The translations under genes and the position numbers were made by a program. This document shows positions 18,180 to 27,810 of a DNA stretch of 64,000 nt, piece after piece; the first letter of the stretch is position 1; every line of letters starts with the position of its first letter. The notes beneath the pieces are model-generated. The model saw only the letters and a program-made list of their open reading frames with translations. It did not search any database and had not been told where the DNA came from. The stretch is taken from contig CBDCDS010000003.1 of assembly GCA_965215365.1 (NCBI GenBank), forward strand, positions 2,272,001 through 2,336,000. Reading direction: 5' to 3'. The DNA is from Gammaproteobacteria bacterium. Lineage in GTDB: Bacteria > Pseudomonadota > Gammaproteobacteria > Eutrophobiales > Eutrophobiaceae.

Positions 18180-19094
18180 ATGTCCACTCAGCAAGACACT
18201 TATTTTATTCCCGAACCGAGCAAATGGCCGGTGTTGTTTTCCCTGGCCCTGTTCATCGCGTTTTGCGGCACGGCGTCCATGTTCAATTATTACCTCGCCA
18301 ACGGGGAGATGGCGAGTTTCGGTTCGCACCTGCTGTTGCTGGGATTTGTTGCGGTGTTCTACATGTTTTTCGTCTGGTTCCGCGACGTCATCGACGAAAG
18401 CCTGAGCGGCGCTTACAACAAACAAGTGGATATCAGCTTCCGCTGGGGCATGAGCTGGTTCATTATTTCAGAAGTTATGTTCTTTGCGGCATTTTTCGGC
18501 GCCTTGTTCTATGCCCGGGTGTACTCGGTGCCGTGGCTGGGCGGCGAAGGTTCCGGCGCGGCCACCAATGAATTTTTGTGGCCGGCCTTTGAGAACACCT
18601 GGCCGCTGCTGCTGACCCCGGATATGACCATAGAGGGTCTCTCCACCAAATTCACCGAGATCAAGGAGGTTATCCCGGCCTTTGGCATCCCCGCCATCAA
18701 CACCCTTATCCTGCTGTCCAGCGGCGCCACCGTGACCTTTGCCCACTGGGCCTTGAAGAAGAACCAGCGCGCGGCGCTGTGCTGGTGGCTGTTCGCCACA
18801 GTCCTGCTGGGTGCCGTGTTTATCTATTTGCAGGGCATAGAGTATGTGCACGCTTATCACGACCTGGGGCTGACCCTGAACTCCGGCATCTACGGCTCCA
18901 CGTTTTTCATGCTGACCGGCTTCCACGGTTTCCACGTGACTATGGGCGCAGTCATGCTGACCGTGATCCTGTTGCGTTCCATGCAGGGCCATTTCACCAA
19001 AGAGAACCACTTCGCGTTCGAAGCGGTGGCCTGGTACTGGCACTTCGTCGATGTCGTCTGGCTGGGCCTGTTTATCTTCGTGTATTGGTTGTAA
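18180..19094 (+). CDS. coxC: Cytochrome c oxidase subunit III
   Basis: SEVMFF, TGFHGFHV, WYWHFVDVVW motifs. Confidence 0.96.
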   Translation: MSTQQDTYFIPEPSKWPVLFSLALFIAFCGTASMFNYYLANGEMASFGSHLLLLGFVAVFYMFFVWFRDVIDESLSGAYNKQVDISFRWGMSWFIISEVMFFAAFFGALFYARVYSVPWLGGEGSGAATNEFLWPAFENTWPLLLTPDMTIEGLSTKFTEIKEVIPAFGIPAINTLILLSSGATVTFAHWALKKNQRAALCWWLFATVLLGAVFIYLQGIEYVHAYHDLGLTLNSGIYGSTFFMLTGFHGFHVTMGAVMLTVILLRSMQGHFTKENHFAFEAVAWYWHFVDVVWLGLFIFVYWL

Positions 19095-19139
19095 GCGGCG
19101 CCAAACTACCGACGCGCGCCACGACCGGCGGCGGGGGGA

Positions 19140-19388
19140 TTACGGCGATGCTGCGGGCGGGGCTGCCGGGTTGATGCCGTGAGGTTTGATCAGGCCGGTG
19201 GCGAAGCCGATAAATAACAGGGCGAACAACGCAATGGATAACACTATCCGCAGCGTCAGTGACTTGACCGTGCGCTCGCTTTGACCTTTGTCCTTGACCA
19301 GAAACACCATGCCCGAAGCCAGGGAGACCAGGATGACAAGCAATAACACGACGATGACTATTTTGAATATTAACGCACCGCTGAACAT
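19140..19388 (-). CDS. Twin-TM-helix small protein (DUF2909/HIG1-like)
   Basis: Two hydrophobic helices, SLTLRI motif, usual position between coxC and SURF1. Confidence 0.8.
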   Translation of the reverse strand: MFSGALIFKIVIVVLLLVILVSLASGMVFLVKDKGQSERTVKSLTLRIVLSIALFALLFIGFATGLIKPHGINPAAPPAASP

Positions 19389-19457
19389 GGCAATATCGGG
19401 TTGAGATATGCGGGTTAGTATAGCCTGTTTTTCCCCGCTACCATATTTTCGTCCAAA

Positions 19458-20210
19458 TTGGCGCGCCTGAATTTCACTCCCTCGTTATGGCCCAGCCTGG
19501 TCGCGCTGGCGGTGTTTGCCTTGTTTATCCGGTTGGGATTCTGGCAACTGGAACGGGCGGATGAGAAGCTGGCGCTGGAAACCATCTACCGCAACCATAT
19601 CGAGGCCGAACCCGTTGAGCTGACACAAGGTGGGCCGCTACGCGCACAGTCAGGCTGGATGCACTGGCGCAGATGTGTGCTGGACGGAGCCTTCGACCCC
19701 GAGACCGTGTTGTTGCTGGACAACCAGGTCTATAGAGGTACGGTGGGCTACCAGGTGTTCTCCCGCTTTGTGCTGGAGGATGGCGCCGCGGTACTGGTCG
19801 ATCGCGGCTGGGTGGCAGCGCCCGCAACCCGCCGCGCGGCGCCGCGCCTGACCACCCCGGCCGGGCGGCTGACGCTGTCCGGCGTCGCCAAACCGGTGCC
19901 GGTCGCCGGTATAAAACTGGGGCAGGAGCTCCCGGAGCTTCTGGGCGACAACCTGCTACGGCTGCAGCGCATCGACCTGACACAAATCGCCACCCGCAAC
20001 GACTGGGAGCTGCTCCCCTACGTGGTGCGCCTGGACCCCGACGCCAGCGGCGGCTTCACCTGGAACGGCACTGAGCCCGGCTTCAACCGCGAACGGCACC
20101 TGGGCTACGCCTTTCAATGGTTCGCCCTGGCCGCGGCGTTATTGGTCATTCTGGTGGTGACTGTGAAGAGAGGGAAGCGGCAGTCTGGTCACACAGCCGA
20201 TGACACCTGA
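19458..20210 (+). CDS. SURF1 family protein
   Basis: LGFWQLERA, VDRGWV, HLGYAFQWF motifs. Confidence 0.92.
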   Translation: MARLNFTPSLWPSLVALAVFALFIRLGFWQLERADEKLALETIYRNHIEAEPVELTQGGPLRAQSGWMHWRRCVLDGAFDPETVLLLDNQVYRGTVGYQVFSRFVLEDGAAVLVDRGWVAAPATRRAAPRLTTPAGRLTLSGVAKPVPVAGIKLGQELPELLGDNLLRLQRIDLTQIATRNDWELLPYVVRLDPDASGGFTWNGTEPGFNRERHLGYAFQWFALAAALLVILVVTVKRGKRQSGHTADDT

Positions 20211-21249
20211 AAACCTCGCCACACAGATAAAGACCTGGGGAGCCGAACTCGGCTTCCAACAGGTCGGCATCACCGGCATTGACCTCAAGGAAGATGAACG
20301 CCACCTGCATAACTGGCTGGAGCAGGACCTGCACGGGGACATGGCGTACATGCAGCGCCACGGCAACAAACGCACCCGGCCGGAACAGTTGCACCCGGGC
20401 ACCATCCGGGTTATCTCCGCCCGTATGGACTACCTGCCGCCCCGCGCCAAGCCCATACAGTCGGTGCTGGCCGACGGCAAGCTGGCGTTCATATCCCGCT
20501 ACGCGCTGGGTCGGGACTACCACAAGGTCATGCGCGCGCGTCTGAAAAAACTGGCGCAACGGATAACAGAAGAAGCCCGCCCACACGGCTGGCGTGTCTT
20601 CACCGACTCGGCGCCGGTGCTGGAAAAAGCGCTGGCGCGCAATGCCGGGCTGGGCTGGATCGGCAAGCACAGCAATCTGTTGCACCCGCAGGCGGGTTCC
20701 TGGTTCTTTCTGGGGGAAATCTATACCGACCTGCCGCTGCCGACAGACGAGAAGTTCGCCGGGGAACACTGCGGCGCCTGCACCGCCTGTATCGACGTCT
20801 GTCCCACCCGAGCCATTGTCGGCCCCTACCGGGTGGATGCCCGCCGTTGCATCTCCTACCTCACCATCGAGTACCGCGGCGTCATCCCGGAGGAATTCCG
20901 CCGCGCCCTGGGCAACCGCATCTACGGCTGTGACGACTGCCAGCTGGTCTGCCCCTGGAACCGATTCGCGCAATATACCTCAGAGCCGGACTACCAGCCC
21001 CGCCACAGGCTGGACGAGCTGAGTCTGGTCGAGTGCTTCCTGTGGAGTGAAGACAAATTCAAAGAAAAGACCGAAGGCGGCGCCATAAGACGCATCGGCT
21101 ACGAAAGCTGGCTACGCAACATCGCCGTCGCCTTGGGCAACGCCCCCACCTCGACAACAGTCATCAACGCCTTAAACCAGCGCAAGAACCATCCTTCATC
21201 CCTGATACGCGAACATGTGAGTTGGGCATTGGCACAGCACGCAGTGTAG
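20200..21249 (+). CDS. queG: Epoxyqueuosine reductase
   Basis: SRYALGRDYH, CGACTACIDVCP, GCDDCQLVCPWN motifs. Confidence 0.95.
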   Translation: MTPENLATQIKTWGAELGFQQVGITGIDLKEDERHLHNWLEQDLHGDMAYMQRHGNKRTRPEQLHPGTIRVISARMDYLPPRAKPIQSVLADGKLAFISRYALGRDYHKVMRARLKKLAQRITEEARPHGWRVFTDSAPVLEKALARNAGLGWIGKHSNLLHPQAGSWFFLGEIYTDLPLPTDEKFAGEHCGACTACIDVCPTRAIVGPYRVDARRCISYLTIEYRGVIPEEFRRALGNRIYGCDDCQLVCPWNRFAQYTSEPDYQPRHRLDELSLVECFLWSEDKFKEKTEGGAIRRIGYESWLRNIAVALGNAPTSTTVINALNQRKNHPSSLIREHVSWALAQHAV

Positions 21250-21381
21250 TCTTTGCGCGGACAAACTTCTTTTAACCCGAATATCTCACCGAAGTGGTTC
21301 AATGATGAACTGGCGCAGTATTGGGCGTGTGCGCCCGGACCTTCCGGCATTACGTCGACCGGTATGTTGTTCGGAGTTTGC

Positions 21382-22062
21382 TTAGGCCGCAAGGGTTTCG
21401 ATGACATCGCCCTTGCGTTGCAGTACGGTCACGCCCTGCGCTAAGGCCGCCTGCTTCAGCTCGTCATGGAAGTGGAAGGCGGCCAGTGCCAAGCGCTGCC
21501 GGCGGTCGGCGTGTTCCGGGAATAAGCGCCGGAAGTTGGGCGCCTTCTGGTCCAGCAGGCGCGCTAAGTCGTTCTCATGTGCCTTGTACTTCACTTCCAC
21601 GACAAATACCTCGCGACCGTTCACTAACAGCAGGTCGAACTCGTCCTCAAGGCCGGCGCGGCTGCGCGTGATGTTCCGGTCGACGAAGTCGAAGCGCACC
21701 CCGGCCAGCGTCGGATTGGCCTTGAGGCTGTTGTGGTAGAACTCCTCAGCCGCCGCCCCCAGGCTGTTGCCGACGCCGCCGTACATTTCCGCCAGACGGT
21801 TCAGCTTGGCATCGGTCTTCGCCAGCTGGGCATCGGTCTTCGCCAGCTGGGCATCGGTCTTCGCCAGCTGGGCATCGGTCTTCGCCAGCTGGGCATCGGT
21901 CTTCGCCTGCTGCGCGGCGTTTTTTTCAATCAGGGCTTCGGTCTTCGCCAGCTTGGCCTCGGTCTTCGCCTGCTGCGCGGCGTTTTTCGCCAGCTGGGCA
22001 TCAGTACGGTCTTGCGCGGCGGCCAAGCCGGCAACCAGCGCTTTCAGTTCTTCATCGGTCAT
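21382..22062 (-). CDS. Coiled-coil repeat protein with C-terminal PD-(D/E)XK nuclease-like domain (DUF3782-like)
   Basis: KTDAQLA heptads, then EFDLLL...VVEVK. Confidence 0.7.
   Translation of the reverse strand: MTDEELKALVAGLAAAQDRTDAQLAKNAAQQAKTEAKLAKTEALIEKNAAQQAKTDAQLAKTDAQLAKTDAQLAKTDAQLAKTDAKLNRLAEMYGGVGNSLGAAAEEFYHNSLKANPTLAGVRFDFVDRNITRSRAGLEDEFDLLLVNGREVFVVEVKYKAHENDLARLLDQKAPNFRRLFPEHADRRQRLALAAFHFHDELKQAALAQGVTVLQRKGDVIETLAA
21802..21906. repeat. 21-bp coding tandem repeat, 5 copies plus degenerate extension to ~22008
   Basis: (CAGCTGGGCATCGGTCTTCGC)n. Confidence 0.9.
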
Positions 22063-22095
22063 GGCAAAATCCTCTCAGTGAAGCGGCGGCTCAGT

Positions 22096-23019
22096 CTATC
22101 CTGTCGGTGTTTCAGCCTGATCCTTGCAAGCCGAGATTCTCGTTTCGGCCAGTTTAATGTATTCCGGGGCGATGTCATAGGCCACATAGTTTCTATGGTT
22201 CTTTAGTGCCGACAGGCACACCGTGCCGCTGCCGGCAAACGGGTCGAGAACCACATCGTCCCTGAACGAATACAACTGAATCAGCCGGTGCGGCAATTCT
22301 TCCGGGAACGGCGCCGCATGGCCGATCTTTTTTGCTGATACCGCAGGAAAATCCCAGACGCTTTTCGTCCATTCCAGAAATTCTTCTTTCTTAATCGTGT
22401 TCTCCTTGTCTCCCCGTTTTCTTGAAAATGACTGCTTGGAAAACACCAAGATATATTCATGCACATCCCGCAACACCGGGTTGGCCGCCGACTGCCAACT
22501 GCCCCAGGCCGTGGAGGGACTGGCGCTGGAACCCTTGTTCCAGAGGATCTCCCCGCGCATCAGGTAGCCAAGCTCCTGCATCCCGTCAATAATATAACTG
22601 TGCAACGGGATATATGGCTTACGCCCAAGATTGGCCACATTGATACAAGCCCGCCCACCCGGCACCAGCACCCGATAGGTTTCCCGCCAAACAGCATTGA
22701 GCAACGTCAGGTACTCGGCAAGGCTCAAATCCTCGTCATATTCCTTGGCGACGTTATAAGGCGGCGAGGTAATCATCAGGTGCACACTGTTGTCCGGCAG
22801 CTCGCTCATCGCCTCACTGGATTTACAGAAGATTTTATTCAGATGCTCTGGCGGAACAGCATTCTCAATATAATCTACCTTCCCCCCGCTATCCAATCCT
22901 TCATATAGTCTGGCATTGTAAAATTTCGAGGAATCATGGCTGACCCTGCCGACTGTTCCGAACGCGCTCGTTTCGGTTCCTCGCCTGCGCTTGGCCTGGG
23001 TTTGCGATTGAGTTGCCAT
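22096..23019 (-). CDS. Site-specific DNA methyltransferase (beta class, probably N4-C)
   Basis: TSPPY catalytic motif precedes DPFAGSG SAM motif. Confidence 0.9.
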   Translation of the reverse strand: MATQSQTQAKRRRGTETSAFGTVGRVSHDSSKFYNARLYEGLDSGGKVDYIENAVPPEHLNKIFCKSSEAMSELPDNSVHLMITSPPYNVAKEYDEDLSLAEYLTLLNAVWRETYRVLVPGGRACINVANLGRKPYIPLHSYIIDGMQELGYLMRGEILWNKGSSASPSTAWGSWQSAANPVLRDVHEYILVFSKQSFSRKRGDKENTIKKEEFLEWTKSVWDFPAVSAKKIGHAAPFPEELPHRLIQLYSFRDDVVLDPFAGSGTVCLSALKNHRNYVAYDIAPEYIKLAETRISACKDQAETPTG

Positions 23020-23033
23020 AACTATTCCCGAAT

Positions 23034-23144
23034 TAAGGACGCCTCTAAACCTTCATGATCAGGGCACTGCACACCCCGACAATATGTAAATCTGAAAAAT
23101 TTACACAGCAAAAATACCACGGAGGGCATTTTTGGAGGTTGTTA
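23034..23144. repeat. Dispersed MITE-like repeat family B (~110 bp)
   Basis: Ends GG..CCTCTAAA / TTT.GAGG; internal sequence shared with 24675-24744, 31408-31516, 54589-54700. Confidence 0.75.
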
Positions 23145-23190
23145 TAATACTATGGAACCTCCGACTTAATCGCAGGTTTCTGATTCGATA

Positions 23191-23829
23191 ATGTCTGATA
23201 CAAGTTTACGCGCCGCCATCATCGCCGCTGCCCGCTCCCTGCATGAACGGCAACTCGGTATCGGCACAGCCGGTAACGTCAGTGCCAAAATCGCGCAGGG
23301 TTACCTGATCACGCCCACGGGGGTGGACTATGAGACGCTGACGCCTGTGCATATCGTCAGCATGGACTTGCGCGGCAACCGCGCAAAAGGCGATCTCAAG
23401 CCTTCAAGCGAATGGCGTTTCCACCAGGACATCTATATTGCGCGGGCGGAGGTGAACGCCATTGTCCATACTCATTCCCCTTACGCCACGGCGCTGGCCT
23501 GTACCCGCCAGGACTTACCGGCGTTTCACTACATGGTGGCCGGCGCCGGCGGTGCCTCCATCCGTTGCACCGAGTATGCAACCTATGGCACCCAGGCCCT
23601 GTCCGATCACGCCCTGGCTGCCTTGTCCGGGCGGCACGCCTGCCTGCTCGCCAACCACGGGGTCATCGCGTTGGGCGCCGATGTCACCGCGGCCATGAAC
23701 ATGGCGCAGCTGGTAGAGGAGCTGGCCAAGCAATACCTGCTGAGCCGCATGGCCGGCGCGCCGGTGCTGCTGAACGATGCCGAAATGGAGGTCAATCTGG
23801 AAAAGTTCAAGGATTATGGCAAACAGTGA
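23191..23829 (+). CDS. Class II aldolase (FucA/methylthioribulose-phosphate aldolase-like)
   Basis: GTAGNVS, PSSEWRFH, HTHS, NHG motifs. Confidence 0.9.
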   Translation: MSDTSLRAAIIAAARSLHERQLGIGTAGNVSAKIAQGYLITPTGVDYETLTPVHIVSMDLRGNRAKGDLKPSSEWRFHQDIYIARAEVNAIVHTHSPYATALACTRQDLPAFHYMVAGAGGASIRCTEYATYGTQALSDHALAALSGRHACLLANHGVIALGADVTAAMNMAQLVEELAKQYLLSRMAGAPVLLNDAEMEVNLEKFKDYGKQ

Positions 23830-23853
23830 TGTGTCCGCAGCGGACGTGATGTA

Positions 23854-24606
23854 ATGGAAATCTGGCAATACCTCATCCTGTTACTGGTGGGTATCGTAGT
23901 CGGCTTTGTGAACGTGATGGCCGGCGGCGGGTCACTGTTGAGTATTCCGGTGATGTTGTTCATGGGAGTGCCGGCACCGGTGGCGAATGGCACCAACCGG
24001 ATTGCGATACTGGCGCAGATGGCCACGGCGACCATTGCCTTCTTCAGAAAGGGTTATTCCGACTTCAAGCTCAGCTTGACCCTGGCCCTGGCCGCGCTGC
24101 CCGGTGCCGTAGTCGGCGCGCTGCTCGGCACCCGTCTGGAGGGGGTCTGGTTTAATCGTATCCTGGCTGTCATCATGCTGGCGGTAATGCTGGTCATGGC
24201 CACGGAAAAACGCACCCCGGACTATGCTCGGACACCGCCACCGAGACCGCGCCTGGCACTGGCGCACATACTGATGGCGTTGGTGGGAATCTGGGGAGGG
24301 TTCATACAGGTAGGGGCCGGTTTCCTGTTCATGCCGATTCTGTACAAGACTCTGGGCCTGGACCTGGTGCGGGTGAACATGCACAAGACCTTTATCATCA
24401 CCTTCTATACCACGGCGGCCCTGATCGTATTTGCCTGGCAAGTGGAGCTGTTCTGGGTGCTGGGTTTAAGTTTGGCCGTGGGCACTTCCATCGGTGCCTG
24501 GCTCAGCGCGCAGGTGCAGGTCAGCCAGGGGGAAAGGCTTATCAAGGGGGTGCTGAATACCGTACTCGCGCTGTTCATCGTCAAGCTGCTGTTCTTTAAC
24601 GGATAG
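23854..24606 (+). CDS. TauE/SafE family sulfite exporter
   Basis: AGGGSLL, ANGTN motifs; multi-TM. Confidence 0.85.
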   Translation: MEIWQYLILLLVGIVVGFVNVMAGGGSLLSIPVMLFMGVPAPVANGTNRIAILAQMATATIAFFRKGYSDFKLSLTLALAALPGAVVGALLGTRLEGVWFNRILAVIMLAVMLVMATEKRTPDYARTPPPRPRLALAHILMALVGIWGGFIQVGAGFLFMPILYKTLGLDLVRVNMHKTFIITFYTTAALIVFAWQVELFWVLGLSLAVGTSIGAWLSAQVQVSQGERLIKGVLNTVLALFIVKLLFFNG

Positions 24607-24608
24607 CT

Positions 24609-24661
24609 CAGCAGTTCCCGTTAACCCCACCTCATTTTGCCGATGTTAGCGGGAACCACTG
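24609..24661. repeat. Imperfect 17-bp inverted repeat (terminator or mini-element)
   Basis: CAGCAGTTCCCGTTAAC ... GTTAGCGGGAACCACTG directly after the TauE stop. Confidence 0.5.
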
Positions 24662-24712
24662 CCCGCAAGCCTATGCCACGGAGGGTATTTTTGCTATGTA
24701 AATTTTACAGAT

Positions 24713-24970
24713 TTACATACTGTCGGGGTGCGCAACGCCCTGATAGCGTTGGACGCAGCGGCGGAATGCTTTCATGGGTAGGTGGGCCATGACTTGCGAG
24801 AAGACAAATTGGCCGGTGGGCATGGTGATTTCTCCTGATGATGATGAACATCGGGAGGGTAACATCAAGCGGCGGCGGCAGTTTTAATCGATACCCCTGA
24901 AAAATCTCTGATTTATGAACAAAATGAATGAGTTATACTACATCAATGCGATTTTCTTGGGACACTAGTG
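24713..24970 (-). mobile_element. IS4-family remnant: left end plus N-terminus of a DUF4372-type transposase
   Basis: Terminus CACTAGTGTCCCAA at 24970; AGGAG RBS; MPTGQFVFSQVMAHLPMKAFRRCVQRYQG (ATG 24823), then runs into a family B repeat. Confidence 0.7.
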
Positions 24971-25006
24971 CACAGCAGGCATTGATCAGGTAAACTGTCT
25001 GCCATT

Positions 25007-26095
25007 ATGGCATGTTACCATCGGCACTTTTACACTTTCCTCGTATCGGCGCTGGCAATCACGTTGTCCGGTTGCCAGTCGGCGTTTGGGCCGCAGGCGT
25101 TGGAGAGTACGCATCCTGCCTATAATGAGGCGATTATTGCTTCGATTAACGAGCAAATGTTGCAGAACCTGGTGCGTATGCGTTACCGGGATGTGCCGTT
25201 TTTCCTGGAAATCGGCAGCGTGACCGCGAGCCTGTCGCTGGGAGCCAATGCCGGGGTCGATGCCGGGGTTGATTTCGGTGGCAGTGAAAACCTCAGCCCC
25301 AACCTGGGCCTCTCATACGCCGACAGGCCAACTATTTCCTACACGCCTTTGCAGGGCGAGGATCTGTTGAAAAGCCTTCTTAGCCCCCTGCAACTGGAAG
25401 ACATCCTGGTGTTGACGCAGTCCGGCTGGAATATCAGCCGGGTGTTCGGGCTGTGTTTTGAGAGGATCAACAACCTGTACAACGCGCCCAATGCCTCCGG
25501 GCCAACACCAGACACCGAGCCGAACCATGAAGCATTCAACCGGCTCATGGACGCGCTGCGCATATTGCAGAAAAACCAGCTCATGGAAATTGGCTCTGAT
25601 GGAGAGGACGGGATCATTATCAAGCTCATCAGGGATAGCACCAGATACAGGGCTGAAATCGACCGGGTGTATGATTTGCTGGAGCTGGACCGGAACCGGG
25701 ATAAATTCAGTCTGGCCACCGATTTTCTGACCATGGACAATACCCAATGGACTGTGCGCACCCGTTCCATTTCCGGCCTGCTGTATTACCTGTCACACAA
25801 TGTGCAAGCGCCGCCGCCGCATCGGGGCGCGCTGGTAACGGACACCCGGCTCAGGGCCGGTGGCGGCTCATTCAACTGGAGCGACACCCCGGCAGGACGC
25901 CTGTTTAGGGTCAATACCAGCACCGAACAACCCGCGCACGCCTACATCGCCACCCGCTACCGCGGCCACTGGTTTTACATTCAAGACTCCGATCTGGAAA
26001 CCAAATCCACCTTCAGCCTGCTGCGCCAGTTATTCGACCTGCAAGCCGGGCAAAAACAGTCAACCGGGCCGGCGTTGACGCTGCCGGTGAGGTGA
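25007..26095 (+). CDS. Putative lipoprotein of unknown function
   Basis: Lipobox LSGC; 362-aa ORF. Confidence 0.7.
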   Translation: MACYHRHFYTFLVSALAITLSGCQSAFGPQALESTHPAYNEAIIASINEQMLQNLVRMRYRDVPFFLEIGSVTASLSLGANAGVDAGVDFGGSENLSPNLGLSYADRPTISYTPLQGEDLLKSLLSPLQLEDILVLTQSGWNISRVFGLCFERINNLYNAPNASGPTPDTEPNHEAFNRLMDALRILQKNQLMEIGSDGEDGIIIKLIRDSTRYRAEIDRVYDLLELDRNRDKFSLATDFLTMDNTQWTVRTRSISGLLYYLSHNVQAPPPHRGALVTDTRLRAGGGSFNWSDTPAGRLFRVNTSTEQPAHAYIATRYRGHWFYIQDSDLETKSTFSLLRQLFDLQAGQKQSTGPALTLPVR

Positions 26096-26127
26096 CCTGA
26101 CAGGGGGTTGCAGCCGATCATAACGGT

Positions 26128-26715
26128 ATGGCTCACTCTGAACAACTTATCTTAGCCTCTTCGTCGGTGCATCGCCGGGCGTTGCTGGAACGGTTGCGGC
26201 TGCCGTTCCGGTGTCATGCGCCGGGGATAGACGAAACTCCGCAGCCGGGGGAAGCGCCGCCGGCTTTGGTAGAGCGCCTGGCACTGGCAAAAGCCCGCGC
26301 GGTTGCCCGGTTCTATCCGCAGGCGCTGATCATTGGCTCAGACGAGGTGGCGGCGCTGGACGGGCGCATTTTCCCGAAGCCGGCAGACCCTACAGCCGCG
26401 CGGCGCCAGCTCGAAACCATGTCCGGCCGTGAGGTGGAGTTCCTGACAAGCGTGTGCCTTCTCAACAATGCCACCGGACGCCACCAACTCGACACGGTGG
26501 CCGTACAAGTCCGGTTCAGGCCGTTGACACAAGCCGAGATACGACGCTATCTGGATATCGACAAACCCTACGACTGCGCCGGCAGCTTCCGCTCCGAAGC
26601 CGGCGGCATCACTCTGGTGCACCGCATCAGCAGTAATGACAACACCGCGCTACTAGGCCTGCCGTTGATAACCCTGCAAGAGATGTTGCGCAACGAGGGT
26701 TATGAGATTCCTTGA
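26128..26715 (+). CDS. maf: Maf/YceF nucleotide pyrophosphatase
   Basis: LILASSS..RR, IGSD, LLGLP motifs. Confidence 0.9.
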   Translation: MAHSEQLILASSSVHRRALLERLRLPFRCHAPGIDETPQPGEAPPALVERLALAKARAVARFYPQALIIGSDEVAALDGRIFPKPADPTAARRQLETMSGREVEFLTSVCLLNNATGRHQLDTVAVQVRFRPLTQAEIRRYLDIDKPYDCAGSFRSEAGGITLVHRISSNDNTALLGLPLITLQEMLRNEGYEIP

Positions 26716-26838
26716 AGTAAGCCGAGTCAGCTATTGGGATTACTCACTTTTCCCTGTAAGGCGAGAATACGATAGGGTGCCTCTATTACACCAGGTGACC
26801 TCATGTCTCTTATCCTCATTGCTCTCGGGCTACAACTG

Positions 26839-27795
26839 CTAAAATATCCTTGCGCTGTTCCTGAATAAGGTGCCCAGTTCCTTTGAGAACTGTTCCAGCA
26901 GGGTGTCGCGGTAGGTGAAATCCACAATATCTTCGGCGCCAATGAGCTCACGGGCGACATAGTCGGCGTTGCCCAGGCCATCGATCAGGCCCAGCCCCAG
27001 CGACTGCTCGCCGGTCCATATCAGCCCGGAGAAAATCCGCTCATCTTCACTCAGGCGGTCGCCACGGGCCTGCCTGACGGTTTCCACAAATTGCTGATAG
27101 ACATTATCCAGCAATGCGTTCACGTGTGCGACTTCTTCATCTTGTGTCGGCTGGAAAGGATCCAAAAATGCCTTATTGGCGCCGGCGTGATAGACGCGCC
27201 GTTCCATGCCCAGTTTGTTCAGCGTATCAACGAAACCGAAACCGCCCATGACCACCCCGATGGAGCCGACTAGACTGGCCTTGTCGGCGTAAATCCGGTC
27301 CGCAGCCACGGCGACGTAGTAGCCGCCTGAGGCGCACAGGTCGCCGATGACTGCATACACCGGAATGTCCGGATGTTCGCTTTTCAGACGGTTGATTTCA
27401 TCATTGACATAACCGGCCTGCACCGGACTGCCGCCGGGGCTGTTGATGCGGAGAATAATGCCGGCCGTCTTGTCGTCTTCATAAGCGGCGCGCAAACCGG
27501 CCGCCACGTAGTCGGCACCGGCGGGTTCACTACCGATAATCACGCCTTGAATATCTATCAACGCAGTATGCTGTGCGCGCTCCAAACGGGCGCTGGAAAT
27601 ATCCGTGCCGTCGCTGAGGAAAATGACCAGCAACAGGATCACCACCCCGGTGCCGAACAGTTTGAAGGCGATACCCCAGCGGCGCGCGCGCCGCTGTTCG
27701 GCCAGGAACTCCCGGGCAATACCGTTTACCAGGTCCTGTTCGATGCGTGCATCGGCTTCCTTCCTGCTGTCATTCTCTAGCCAGGGAGCACTCAT
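26839..27795 (-). CDS. sppA: S49 family signal peptide peptidase
   Basis: INSPGGSP, ASGGYY, GSIGV motifs. Confidence 0.88.
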   Translation of the reverse strand: MSAPWLENDSRKEADARIEQDLVNGIAREFLAEQRRARRWGIAFKLFGTGVVILLLVIFLSDGTDISSARLERAQHTALIDIQGVIIGSEPAGADYVAAGLRAAYEDDKTAGIILRINSPGGSPVQAGYVNDEINRLKSEHPDIPVYAVIGDLCASGGYYVAVAADRIYADKASLVGSIGVVMGGFGFVDTLNKLGMERRVYHAGANKAFLDPFQPTQDEEVAHVNALLDNVYQQFVETVRQARGDRLSEDERIFSGLIWTGEQSLGLGLIDGLGNADYVARELIGAEDIVDFTYRDTLLEQFSKELGTLFRNSARIF

Positions 27796-27810
27796 ATCAG
27801 GCCCGTTTTA

